Assembly: GCA_965287045.1 (NCBI GenBank)
Contig: OZ336872.1
Location: 93,744,001-93,808,000 of the forward strand
Reading direction: 5' to 3'
From: Carcharhinus amblyrhynchos
Lineage: Eukaryota
DNA length: 64,000 bases
In this document: positions 49,464-62,291 of the stretch, piece after piece
Layout of the letters: every line of letters begins with the position of its first letter
Numbering within the stretch: the stretch's first letter is position 1
Program-made: the position numbers and the translations under genes
Notes under the pieces: model-generated
The model's database searches: none
Seen by the model: the letters and a program-made list of their open reading frames with translations, nothing else
Told to the model about the DNA's origin: nothing

Positions 49464-50480
49464 TGTTGTCGCACCTGGTTTTTAAGTATGTCTTGTGCAG
49501 CTCCTGATATGCTCTTTGGCATTTCTTATTGTACCAGAGTTGGTGCCCTTTTTGATGGTATTATTAGACTGGGGAATATGCCAGACCCCCAGGTTACAGA
49601 TTGTGGTTGCATACAATACTGCTGCTTCTGATGGCCCCCAGTAACTCACAGATGGCCAGCTTGGAGAGCCCATCCATGTTAAGACACCCTCAAGGGCAAG
49701 ATTACCTTATTTATTGAACATACCATGGACAGGCATGTAGGTCCCGGCAGTCAGAGGGATGAACCCTCCAGCTGAGGTGTCAGAGGAATGGAGGTGATAA
49801 TTGTGGTTTGGGAGTCCCTCTGTGGGCCATGGATCAGTCATTATGGAAGGGAGCCCTCCCCTTTAGTATTCCAGTGGGATACCGCTATGATTCACCTGGC
49901 AGTCTCCCCATGCAGGGAGGCTTTCCTGATTTTCGTAAAGACCGATCGGGGGTGGATAAGTGGCCAGTAATTGACCAATTAATTGACATAATTGGTTGTC
50001 TACTTCCTACTAGTAGGTGGCTGCATCATGGCCGTTTCCACCATTCAGATATCCCATGGCGGCAAGAATTGTCAGGACACTCTTTGCGACATCTTGCCCT
50101 CAAGTTACAAGGCTTCATACTTCCCAGCCTGTTCCCAGAGAGCTGGTAAAATCCAGTCCTAAAAATCTCCAACCAAATCGTAGAGCTGCATTTCACGGGC
50201 TTGTGGGGGTGGGGGTGGGGGTGGGTGGGGGGAAGGCGTGGGTCGGGGGAGAAGGAGGAGGAGACTGCACACATCCCCCAAGGAGGAAAATCAGCCAGAA
50301 ACTGACACTGGCAGAACAAGCCCATCCCACAGCCTAACAAGAGGGGAGCGGACTAAGTTATTTACTAGTGTGGCTGCTGCCCGTCAATGGGAGGAAGGTC
50401 TCCCTCTCAGGAGCTGTCAGCCAATCTGATTGGTAACATTACCACAATGTTCCAATCCACTTTGAAGATTGCTGCTCACA

Positions 50481-50817
50481 GCAGCACAGTGGTTAGCACT
50501 GCTGCCTCACAGCTCCAGGGAGCTGGATTCGATTCCTGGCTTGGGTCACTGTCTGTGTGGAGTTTACATGTTCTCCCTTTGCCTGTGTGGGTTTCCTTCA
50601 GGTGCTCGGTTTCCCCCCACAGCCCAAAGATGTGTGGGTTAGATTGAGTGGCCGTGCTAAGTTGCCCTTTAGTGTCCCGGGGTGTGTAGGTTAGAGAGAT
50701 TAGCGAGGCAAATATGTGGGATTACAGTGATAGGACCTGGGTGGGATTGTTGTCGGTGTAGACTCGATGGGCTGAATGGCCTCCTTCTGCACTGTAGAGA
50801 ATCTATGATTCTATGAT
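50481..50817 (+). mobile_element. HE1-like SINE, full length
   Basis: GCACAGTGGTTAGCACTGCTGCCTCACAG head, GATTCGATTCC B box, tail TCTATGATTCTATGATT. Confidence 0.9.
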
Positions 50818-51726
50818 TTCAGCTGAAGAGGAGGCGAAGGCTGGACAAGTCTCAGGTTGTTTGGAAACAAAAGTTGGTGCTGAGCCAATGCAATTCTAAA
50901 TCCAATGTCAAAGCCAAAACAATCAGATTGGTTTGGCAGCTCCAGCAGTCCTGTTAGTGCCAAGGTTCACTGGTACATTCTGCCAGGACTGCAGGAAGGA
51001 GGACAAAGAAGACCCATGGCTTCTTCAGAAAGATAAGTCCCAGAGTTTTAGGGAAAGGAGGGATCCTAGAACCTAGTGAGGGAGAGAGGAGACTGCGTGG
51101 CCTGGGTCATGGAAAATTATCATTGTGGGAAGTGGGGTGGGGGGGCTGACATATAAAAGCCTATGTGCACAGGACACTTCCTGAATTAACTCATCATCCT
51201 TCCTTTCTCATGTGGGCCAAAGCAAAGCTCTGCCCATTCCCACCTGCCCCTCCATGCCAGCTGTATTATGGCGTGTACAGCATGGTGAGTGTCCTGCCAT
51301 GCTGGACACTCGCCATGGAGCCTGCCCAACAGATCCACCAAGGGGTTAGCTCAGGGATGGACAGGAAGGTGTCAGACTAGCCACCTGACCTATTTTACGT
51401 ACCCCACCCATTGAAAGCATGCCCAGCAAGAGCACATAACATGCAGCCTATTATCGTTCTTTGTATGTAGTATATTATAGATTAGCTTTCTGATTATGTT
51501 TTGCCTTCTTTTAGCCTGGCTCATTGGTAACATTTTCAGTCAGTTAGTCCATGAAGCTGAATGTATGATTCAGATTCTTAAAGGGAGCATGCTGCATTAT
51601 TCAGTGTCAAGTCTTCTGTTTGAGACTCTCTTCTCAGGTACTGTCAGACCTAGCAAGTATCTCCAGCACTTTGTTTTTCTTTTCATTCAAGAGTCACTTA
51701 TTGGCTATGAGAAATTTTGGGAAGTC

Positions 51727-52553
51727 AACAAAGAACAAAGAACAAAAACAGCCTGGGAAACAGGCCCTTCGGCCCAACGAGCCCGCGCCGCCATTTTAAC
51801 AATACCAGTCCCCCCCTCCACCCATGACCCTTATCTATTGATTTATGGCAATCCACATTGAGGGAAACTAATTTAGGGACAACTTATTACTTCCAATCAG
51901 CCTAATAGCACATCTTTGGGGTGTGGGAGGAAATGGGAGCACCCGGAGAAAACCCACGCAAGCACGGGGAGAATGCGCAAACTCCCACAGACACTGGCCC
52001 AAATCCATGTGTCTGCACAGCAAACAGTGATAGTCACTGAGCTGTCGTGTTGCCCAGCATCTGGTCCAGTTTAAGCACACACTAACGACATGAAGCACTA
52101 GGCCAATTTCGAACATTCAAGAGCAGCCCAAGTACGACCCATCGCGTGTATGCCCCTCGTTGGACGACAAGGCGGACCGACTTAAAATCTGTGAATTAAA
52201 AGAGAAAAAACATTATTATCATACCATCCATTTACATTACCAGGGACATCCCAATGCTAATGAACCTTATTTAAAACAATCTCCTATATCCTCCCATCTC
52301 CAACCCACTCATGTGCCTGTCTAAGTTACTCTTAAACAACTCTAGCGTGCTTGCCTCCACCACCTTACTTGGCAGAGCATTCCATACCCCCACTACCCTC
52401 TGTGTGAAAAACCTCCCTCTAATATCTGTGTTATACCCCTCCCCCCTCACCTTAAGTCCATGGCCCCTCCTACTGTGTGTCTCTAACATAGGAAATAGCT
52501 TACCTCTGTTTACTCTAGCTACACCCTTCGTAATCTTATATACCTCTATTAGA
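51727..52553 (-). mobile_element. 5'-truncated CR1 with a long (~545 bp) 3'UTR containing a SINE-derived segment
   Basis: Minus strand order: ORF2 end RGHGLKVRGEGYNTDIRGRFFTQRVVGVWNALP...RRLF* (stop 52273-52271), ~215 bp unique sequence, HE1-like body 52055-51873, then GGGCCGAAGGGCCTGTTTCC and a (TGTTCTT)n tail. Confidence 0.7.
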
Positions 52554-55500
52554 TATATGTCCTGAGAATGCGGATGGTGCTAAGGATGTGGATGGTGCTA
52601 TATAAATGCAAGTTCCTTTTCTTTCAAGTGAAAGTCAATTGTTACAATTAAACCTAGCTTGACCTCAGCAAAGACAAAACTGAACTATTATAGAGTGTTC
52701 TCTGCATAGGGGAAGCTACAAAGCTGAGTCCAGTTTTTTAGGTATCGAGTCCCAAGGGCACTAATGCAATCCAACTATAATTCTGGGAAGTAGTGGGAGA
52801 GACTGGATCACTGACCAAATGGCAACCACTCTGATTTCCTGCTCAGTTTGTGCCAAGAAATCAGTGTGGCCCCAGTGGAAAATTCTGTCCATTGTTTCTT
52901 TGCCATAATGAGTGAACAACAACTTGTGTTACTGTACTACTTTCAAAGAAGCTGTGTGTTCCAAGATGCATCAGATGAGTAGTATCAAATGACAATTTGA
53001 CACAACTTGACAAAGAGGTATCAACGGCAAAAAGCTTTATCAAAGAGGTAGGCTGGAATTTTATCACTGTTCATGCTGGTGGGATTTTCCCACCCCGCTG
53101 CAGTGAACAGAGGTTTGGTAGGCTGCCAAAATTCTCCAACCTTGCTGCAGCAGGAGCATGGTGTGACCGTCTGGTGAGATTGGCCCCATGGGTTTTAAGG
53201 AGCGTTTAAGAGAGGTCGGGAACAGAGTGGGTTAGGGAAAGAATTCCAGGGCCAATTAGGCCTTGGCAGTTCAGGGCATTGCCATTGAAACAATTAAAAA
53301 TGTGGGTGCTCACAAGACCAAACTGGAAAAATGCAGATATGAGTATAATTTGCTGCAGCCCAGTAACCAGAGATGGGAAAGCGTAAGGTCATTGAGGTAT
53401 TTTAAAGCAAGGGTGAGAATTTTAAAGAAGCTGTGCTCATTCAGCAGTCAGTGTAAGTTGTGAGCAAAGTTTCATTTGGTGGATGGGATTTGGTGCAAGT
53501 TCGGATCCAGCCAACAGAACTTTAGATTACCTCAAGGTTAAGAAGGTTAGAATGGATGAAGACAAGCAGTAGTATCTTGGAACAGCCACCTGAAATGAGG
53601 TCATTCACTACTTGCATAATTTTTTGCTCTGTATTAAATTATAAGAAGGGAAACAGATTTTTAGCTACACTTCTGCCATTGACTTATTAAAATGGACATT
53701 TTCACCTAATTTCCGAGATTCTGCTATTCATCTGATGCCCCACTTCTTTTGGGAAGAGAAATCACACATGCATAAATATTGTCTCGCTATCTTTGTCTTC
53801 AGCTGTGGGTGTGACGGTCAGGGAAACTGGGCACAGAGCATTACTTGTGCTGTCTGGCATACTTAGCATCTCCAATAGTCATCTAAAAATTGATGCCACC
53901 ATTTAAATGGCACTGCTAAATACAAAAGCTGCTGAAGGAGTGGTATAACCTCAAACCTTGTACCACCAATCACTGTCAAAAATGTAATTTTCATTCAAGT
54001 AAGAACTTTCCAGTCAGATTAATACTCTGACCAGTGTACACTGCTGCTGTGCATCTCTGCTTACTTGTATCTTGATTTTATTCTTGGGAGAGTGATTGTT
54101 ACAGATGCAAAGTCTGAAAGAACCAGAATCTGAACCTTAACTAAACAGAATTGACACTTCTGATTCACATTCCAGGATCAACACAGATTTGCCACTTAGA
54201 TGTCAGTAGAACATATTGGAAAATTGTGCATTCCCAGATCATGACTCTTCCTCTCTAATTTTAATGAGTTCAAAACTGTGGCTGGCCATGTTTCCTGATG
54301 CATTCCTCTAGTGAACTATATGAGCATGGAGAGAAAAACTCATCAATCAATTCCTGTATGCAAAACTCTGATAGGAAGTCGTAAAGTCAACACCATGCAT
54401 TAACTCTATCAGCAGCTAATAAAATATAACATAAGCTCTGTTGGCTAAAGTTGGGACATTGGACTTGACCTTGCCGGAGTGAGATTTCTCATGGCATTCA
54501 TACCCAGTTAACTGAACTGTTTTCTGCAAGTACAAAGGCAATGGGTTATCTCTGGGAACTCAATCAGTGAATGGTGGGACCAACAGTATCTCTCCTTAAC
54601 AAATTTTATGACTGAAAAAGAAACAGATAATGAAATCACACATCAGTCAGGGTAACAGGATGTTACTGTGAATTTTTTTTTCTCTGTCAATCATCCACCT
54701 ATTCCATTTGGTGTGAACATGATCCTTGAGTGGCTTAATGAGGTTTGCATCCACAGGTTATAAGCAATGGACATTAGAACCCCTGGTATAGCAACAATGA
54801 GGGTGTTATTTATTCACAGGCACTCTTAATCTCATCACTAAATGGGATCCGAATAAGCTGCACACTAATAAGCTGCATTCTTTAAATATGTCATTGGGAT
54901 GCCTTTTCTATACATTACTGATCCATAAATCCTTATCTGTCCAACCACTGTCATGTACAGAAACCCCTGCAGGCAACTTGATGCTTGGCAAAGTTTTACT
55001 TTTGAAAAATTACCGTTTTAATTTTCCTCCATCAGCCATCCATAAGACCATAAATCATAGGAGCAGAATTAGGCCACTCGGCCCATCGAGTTTTCTCCAC
55101 CATTCAAACATGGCTGATATTTTTCTCATCCCCATTTTCCTGCCTTTTCCCCATAACCCCTGACCGAGTCACCATGAGTGTTGTCTTCTCATGCCATGTG
55201 GGTTTCACTAGAACAATTTTCAAACCTTTCCACTCAGCTGCTAGGCATGGTAGAATTTGGGCGGGTTCCATCTATGTTGCCAATGCATAAAAGGTGCCAT
55301 TGTCTGATGATTGACAGCTGGAAAATTTTCACTTCTGGCATTGCAGTTTATAGAGACATAGAGGTTAACAGTATGGAAACAAGCCCTTCAGCCCAAGCTG
55401 TCCATGCTGCCCCTTTTTTCCCACTAATCTGGTCCCAATTGTCCACATTTAGCCCATATCACTCTATATCCATCTTACCCATGTAAATGTCCAAATGCTT

Positions 55501-56227
55501 TTTAAAAGACAAAATTATAGCAGCCTCTATTACTACCTCTGGCAGCTTGTTCCAGACACTCACCACCCTGTGTGAAGAAAGACATTGGTGACACTGTACT
55601 AAGTTCTTTTGAAGAAGTGCTAAAAGTTGAATGAGTCTGATTGTGAATCAACAAATGGCTGGATGAAGGAAAATTAGAGTGTGAAAAACATGTAAGCATT
55701 TTTACCATAAAATTATTTATTTCTGTTAACACCTGTTCTATTGCTACCTTAACTGTGAAGTGGAGTGTGAAAGCTTTTATGACACTTTGGAAATGGAAAG
55801 ATTCCACTGCAATGGGTTTTATTACCTTGTACACTTGGATAGTTAACTGGGTTATTGCTGAATTAAACTAGATCACTATGTTTTACAGACTATAAAACCT
55901 GAGCTGACTGCTGGTAGGCACTGTTGCTGTCAGTTCTGTCAGTGATGTTATAAAGACTGGCAATGACCCAGGTTGTTCCTTGCTGATTCAGTGTTCTCAT
56001 GAGTACCTCAGATAATAAGTCTGAGAGAGACAACCATTAAAAAACTTAAGGGTACCGTATGCACATTTTCTAACACACTATAAATTTAAAAATATGACCT
56101 GTGCACTTGTTGAAGTATGAGTGCATTCCTTATGAAACAATAGAAGGATGAAAGCATATCTTTTAGGGATGGTCTTTGTACAGATGCAAACTATTGATTT
56201 TTGTGTAACTGGCTGCAGTGTACTACA

Positions 56228-56534
56228 GGGGCGGCACTGTGGCACAGTCGATACCACTGCTGCCTCGCAGCGCCAGGGACCTGGGTTCGATTCCTAGCTT
56301 GAGTCACTGTTTGCACAGAGTCCACACGTTTGCCGGTGTCCATGTGTGTTTCCTCCGTGTGCTCTGGTTTCCTCCCACAGCGCAAAAGATGTGCTGGTTA
56401 GGTGCATTGGCCATACTAAATTCTTTCTCAGTGTGCCCGAGCAGGTGCCGGGATGTGCTGACTAGTGGATTTTCACAGTAATTTCAGTGCATTGTGAATG
56501 TAAGGCTACTTGTGACAGTAATAAATAAACTTTA
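56228..56534 (+). mobile_element. HE1-head SINE with alternative tail, second copy
   Basis: GGGCGGCACTGTGGCACAG...GGGTTCGATTCC head; tail GGATTTTCACAGTAATTTCAGTGC...TAATAAATAAACTTT. Confidence 0.85.
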
Positions 56535-56789
56535 AAGTTACATGTTATGTCACTGGCACAATTCAAAACATAGTATAACACTAAAGCCAAGTATTCATTG
56601 AACTGAGACAAAAGGCATTTTATTAACTTTTGACTTCCTTCCATTACAAACAGCAATTTCTGACAATGGAAAGATAAAGAACAAAACTAGGATAATTTCC
56701 ATAGAGAGAAAAAGAATTACTACATAACTGTTAAGTTAAATTTCATTTCATTCCAAGGCTGCATATTGCAATTCTTGTGCTATGAATCA

Positions 56790-57110
56790 CTGAATCATAA
56801 AATCCCTACAGTGCAGAAGGAGGCCAATCAGCCCATTGAGTTTGTAATAACTACAGTACCCAAGCCATATCTCCTTAACCCTATTGTATTTAACCTGCTA
56901 ATCCCCCTGTCACTATGGGGCAATTTACTATGGCCAATCAACCTAATCAGCACATCTTTGGACTGTGGGAGGAAATCAAAGCACCTGGAGGAAACCCATG
57001 CAGACATGGGGAGAATGTGCAGATTCAGCACAGACAGTGACCTGAGGCCGGAATCTGGGTCCCTGGCATTGTGATGAAGCAGTGCCAATCATTGTGCCAC
57101 CGTGCCACCC
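56790..57110 (-). mobile_element. HE1-like SINE, full length
   Basis: Reverse-complement GGCACGGTGGCACAATG head at ~57107; tail at ~56790-56830. Confidence 0.85.
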
Positions 57111-57856
57111 TGTGAATACAGTCAAATACTTAAAAAACATTTTTACTCCATTCTTAAGATTATGAAGCCAATGTGTGGAGTCGACCAGGCAAGCCTAGAA
57201 TCTATCTCCTCCTTGCTTGCTCCAAAAACAAAATTCAATCCAATTCATGGTCCCCATAGAGACATACAAGATCCAAGCTGACAAAAAAAAGGCATTGATT
57301 TTGGGCTTGATCTGATTTTTGACTTAGCCAAAAGGATGAGACGTGTACCCCTGCCAGCTGATCATGGTTTCACCCCTGCCAAGTAAGTCCTTCCTGATCA
57401 ATAACTCTTCCCTGCTAGGTATACTTCAGTGGGGCATCAGTAAAACTTCACACTTACTTTGTTCAGCCTGAGAAACAGAGCCAGGTCTTCATTTCAAAAT
57501 AGCCAGACCAACTTCATTGTAGAAATGCTAATTCAAGTCCACCATCCATCTACAGTCTCGACATTTTCAGTAACCCTACCCCAGTCATGGTTTCTCTGTT
57601 GGGCTAAATACACCAGGTGCTGTATAAGAAACAAATAACCCATATGCACATTTATTACATATGAAAATGCAACTTGAAAAGTATAAGTATTTTAATTTTT
57701 TAACAATCTTTTCATCATGTAATCAAGCAATCAAATGTAAAATTGATCCAGAAACCAACTTAAACTGCATCATCCATGTAGTTTTATAAATCAGAGGAGA
57801 AATCTTATATCACATAATAATCGCATGAATTACTTAATAGGCCACATGTTTGGAGT

Positions 57857-58719
57857 GATTCTCTCAGTCTGCTGCACTGCTCCAGCAGTTCAACAGGCTG
57901 GAAAACATCAGCGGATGTCATTTTGCGGGTGCCCTGTTAGGCACCACAACCTCCGCGGAAATCTGGCTTCAAGCTTTTTAAGAGTAGTCAATATTTAACT
58001 GATCATTTCCATCTGATTAGTGGGCCCAGGTCTGAAGTCTCCAGGCCTGCTAGCGTTTCCACTCCCCATCCCCCCCCCCCAACCCCAGCAGGAGTGGTTC
58101 ACTCCAGGAGGGTTTACAACTACTCTCCAATAATGGGGAACAGACGCCAACCCTGCTGGGGGGAATAGAGGTCATTGAGGCCCCCCACCTCAGGAGATCG
58201 TGGGTAACAGGCTCCCTGGCATTGCCCAAGGGGCAAACCGACAATGCCCAAGGGGAAATGGGACGGACGGTGATTAGAACTATCATCTGGATGGGGGTGG
58301 AGGTGCTACTGGTTGGGAGTGAGGGAGGTGGTGACTGCTGGCGCAGGGTGATTATTTCAGGCAGAATGGGTTTGGCCAGAGGTTGGGGAGATCTGCACTG
58401 CTCGGGAGGTGGGTCAGCAAGGCAGTGATGGGGGGATTTGGGGAATAAGGATTTCAGTGCTGGTCAGCAATAGGGAGACTGGCAATGCCGGACTACTGCG
58501 CACGCACTGATCTCCGCTCTGACAGATTGACGCTTGCGCAATGGCCTAATCAGTGTTATGCAGCCAGTCTTTCCATCGGGAATAGATGCTGCCCGTTGAT
58601 TTTCTTCTGCAGTGCACAGAGTGTGAGAGATTTAATCTGAAAATTTATGCTAAAAAAATTAATGGGTGTTACTCCCATTTTCACAGGAATTGGGGACTTA
58701 GAATTTTTTTGAGAGAATC
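57857..58719 (-). mobile_element. Non-autonomous TIR element (~860 bp)
   Basis: GATTCTCTCA (57857-57866) and TGAGAGAATC (58710-58719) are perfect inverted repeats; the body is homologous to 20995-22000. Confidence 0.6.
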
Positions 58720-61700
58720 CTGGCCATAAGTGGACTAACTGAACTCCAGCCTCTAGCTAACTAGAATTTTACTGTTCCTAAAAACTCCCCCACCACACTC
58801 TGGTCTCCAGAATCTCATGTAGTATTCCACCTTGATTATTCTGTATTGGCATTTCAAAATGCATTAAGTAATTCCATTGTCACTTCAGGAGTAATTTGAA
58901 GCTATCGAGGAAATTATCCAGTTAAGGAATAATTTTGGACATTAAAAGCTATGTCATCATTTGAAATAACAAATAATCAAATATTACAGGTTGTATTAAA
59001 TTCAGTGGGATTGTGTAATTCTACATATGGTGAAGTCTGACGCAATCACTCATTAAAAAGATCAGACTGAATTATACTGGCTCATAACTGGATAAATTAT
59101 TATTAAATTATTTGAACGATTAACAATAATACAAATATTGCTTTCTTTTATTGCAGGGTTACTTTCACCTTTATCACTTCAATCCCCCACCAGGATAAGT
59201 CTGAATTTCTAACATTAGCTTTTTCTAATTTGCTTTCATGTGTTTTATTGCTGCATCCTAATGGCAAATACAGGCACACTGTAGCTGTACAGATATAACA
59301 CAATCTGTGCACGTGTAACAGTCATCAGAAAATCAGTTCAGAGGTCACACTTAAAGAAACAGCACTAAGCTTGCAAAATATTACTCTTTTTTTAAAGTGC
59401 ATGCAACTTCAAAGCAGCTTTGTGTTTTCTCCCTGATGGCACAGTGGCTAGATCACCAAAGCAGCTGTTACTGTCGTTTAGAGAAGTAGTCTCTATGCAG
59501 AGAGATAATGTTTCACTCTTTGGTAAAACAACAATTTACTTTACTGCAACATAACCTGTAAAACATAATACTGAGTGAGTGGGCTCTGACCACTTTACCT
59601 TTAGCGTGTGAGTGGGCACATCTAAAGGAAACGCATATTGGGGACAACTTAACCCTTGCCCCCTTGCTTCTTTGACATGGTCTTTCATTTCAGTTGCTAC
59701 TGGCGATCAAAGAATTAAACTATAGGAAATGCAATTGGTCAAAAACGGGCATCTCATTGACCACAAGGTCCACATTTCAGCAGCAGAAATGTAGGGTACA
59801 ATCTAGGTAGTTTCCATTTAACATTCGACAAGTGCAAAATATAAAAAAAATTGTAGCTTGTAAGCAAATTTCTACACTAAATCCAAGACAGCGTTGTTGC
59901 TAAACTAACCTTTGCAAGAATGTGTATGTGTAAAGTTGGTAGTGCAACATGTTCAGCACATTCAAGAAATGCAATAAAAAAAAGTGACTCATTTGATTGA
60001 CTAATATGAATTGTGGGGCCACTGTTCAGCCTGTAACCATTTGTGAGAAGGACCAGCTGAAAACTGCCAAGCAAAGGAAGTAACGTGTATTCAGAGAAGC
60101 CATACTGAAGTCCTAGAAAGTTACAGAGCAGAAAAAACAGTCAATTCTTCAAGGCTGTGCCAGTGTTTTTGACTATCTAGTTTAATCTCACTCTACTGTT
60201 TGTTTCTCCTGCCCTTCAAGCTGTGATATATGTCTTAGTCATTTCTAAACTCTGTGTGAATGAGTGTGACAGAGAATATCATGTTCTGACCGCTTTCAGC
60301 TATTTTCCAACTTTTTAAATTTGTATTTTGATCCTTTAAAATTATACAAACCCGTTACCATCTCACCAATTTGTAGAAACAATTTATCACTATTTACCCG
60401 ATTTTAAAGCTGTCTATTTCTTGGAAACAATTATTTGGTTTACGCTTTAAATTTTCTCCGTCCAAGTGGATAAGTTCTAATGCCTCTTTTTTAACAGACA
60501 TTGGCCCTTGGTTCAGTATTAGCTTCCTTACAGGACTTTAAATTTTAGTCTGAATTGAAATGGGGCCATTGATGGTTGGTGCACCTTGCAGTGATATCAC
60601 AGTGCATAAGTAATTGCAAGACAACAAGAACAGCAAACTTTGCAATTGAGGGTTAATTTCATGCACTTGCGATTAACGCTCGAAGGGACAGCAAGGCAAG
60701 CAGAAGCTTGTAGGCCCAGCTTCCTGATCTGCACTCCCTCTGTGCAGAGCCACAGAATTAGCCTTGACATTCTGAAAGGGTAATTGTGAGGTTTTTAAAA
60801 AAAATTATAATACTTATGCTTCCCAAGTTGCACTTTCACATGTAATAATTGTGCACATGGGTTATTTACTTTTCATGTACCACCTGAAATGTTTTTTTTT
60901 CTGTCGCAGGTCAAAGTATTTAAGGTTAAGCATTTTAACAGAAGTTAGATGATGTTTAAAGAAATGTATAAAGCATAATCCAAGGGAAGAAAGGATTGTA
61001 TGCTTTTCTACTAATGACACCTAAAAGAAGAGTTAATGCTAAATGTATACCAATGTCACTTTGGAATGCAGGCACTGAATGTATTTTTTCCAGGTGTGCT
61101 AATGGACATTGAACATTAATCTGTCACATTGTTATGAAGCGGAACTCAACTATGACTGACATACTACTGTGTTATCTATCATGTGTACCTACAATGATTT
61201 AGAATCTATTGATCTATATTAAGGATCAGTTACATCTGCTCTAATTCCTAAAATGAATCTTACAATGGTACTTGTTCTGATATAATATATGTTTTTAAAC
61301 AAAGCAGAGTTATGGTTACCTCAATTCCTCTTTGGATACCTCTTGCAGTGTTGGAGTATGGACTTGTTTTTGATAAGTTTAATTAGTATTTTTTCAAACA
61401 GATTTAGATTGGACCATTAAAGGAGTTCGAAGTGCATAGATCACAAAAAGAACACTAGAATTAAATGATAACTCTCCATCTATTTTTCCAATATATTTTC
61501 TATATCTCATGTTGAGTAGGATTGATAACCTGCTCCATGATCCGATTTAAGGGATAAATAAATTAAATACATTTAAATGTTGATCCACAGTTCCTTGAAT
61601 GTCAGGATATCATTAAACGGCTGCCACATGCTCTACTAGTATAATTTCTTAGTTTTGTCTAATTAAGGGCAGCCCTGTATTGTTAGCTTGCACTACACTA

Positions 61701-62291
61701 CAGGATTACAGGACAGGACCTTGTTGTGACAATACCCAATAGAGGCAAAGCCCGCAATCACAGCAAAATAGAGGTTAGCTGCTTCCCATGAGGAAGGGAG
61801 ACCAAAGGGCAAACCACTTGGCGTTGTTCTCCCACACCTCCTGCAACAAATCAGCAGCAGCAACCAATGAGATTATTACTCTGCCACCTTCGAGGGTCGA
61901 AGGGCCTGTTCCTGTGCTGCAATTTTCTTTGTTCTTTGTTCTTCTCATGCTTAGGTTGGAATTCTGTACTGAAGTAGTTAAAGGAGAGAAACACAAGAGG
62001 CAGAATTTGAAATAGGCAAAGGGGTCTTGCCTGCAGGCTGCAGAGCCATTGAGAGCTCTGCAATGCCTTTTTTTGGGAAGGCCCGCTGCATTAATTGCCA
62101 CTGGTTAGTGGCTGGCCTTCCCCACGTTCAAGGACCCCAGGGACAGAAGTCCCACTGGTGAGAGCTGCTGGCCAAACAGAAGCCAGCAGCTCTTCATGCC
62201 CGGCAGCACTGCTGGGGAAGCAGTGCTGTTGCTGGTAATGCAGTAACATTTACACTACACAGGTGCTGGGCAAAGGCCACCTCCAGAAAGA

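Larger units (their letters stand above)
45350..49665 (-). mobile_element. Decayed family B LINE in pieces (45350-45980, ~46875-47059, 49464-49665) separated by three younger inserts
   Basis: ORF 45345-45644(-) reads WMESKLPQKKMVVIIGGQS...NDLPS...MFPHEYTVF...MQQDL, an RT domain. The flanks of the 47060 CR1 appear to continue the same element; this continuity is judged from recalled family sequence. Confidence 0.6.

Noticed and set aside
55300-55335. CTGATGA...GAAA as a fourth hammerhead
   Set aside because: No convincing stem II or stem I can form.
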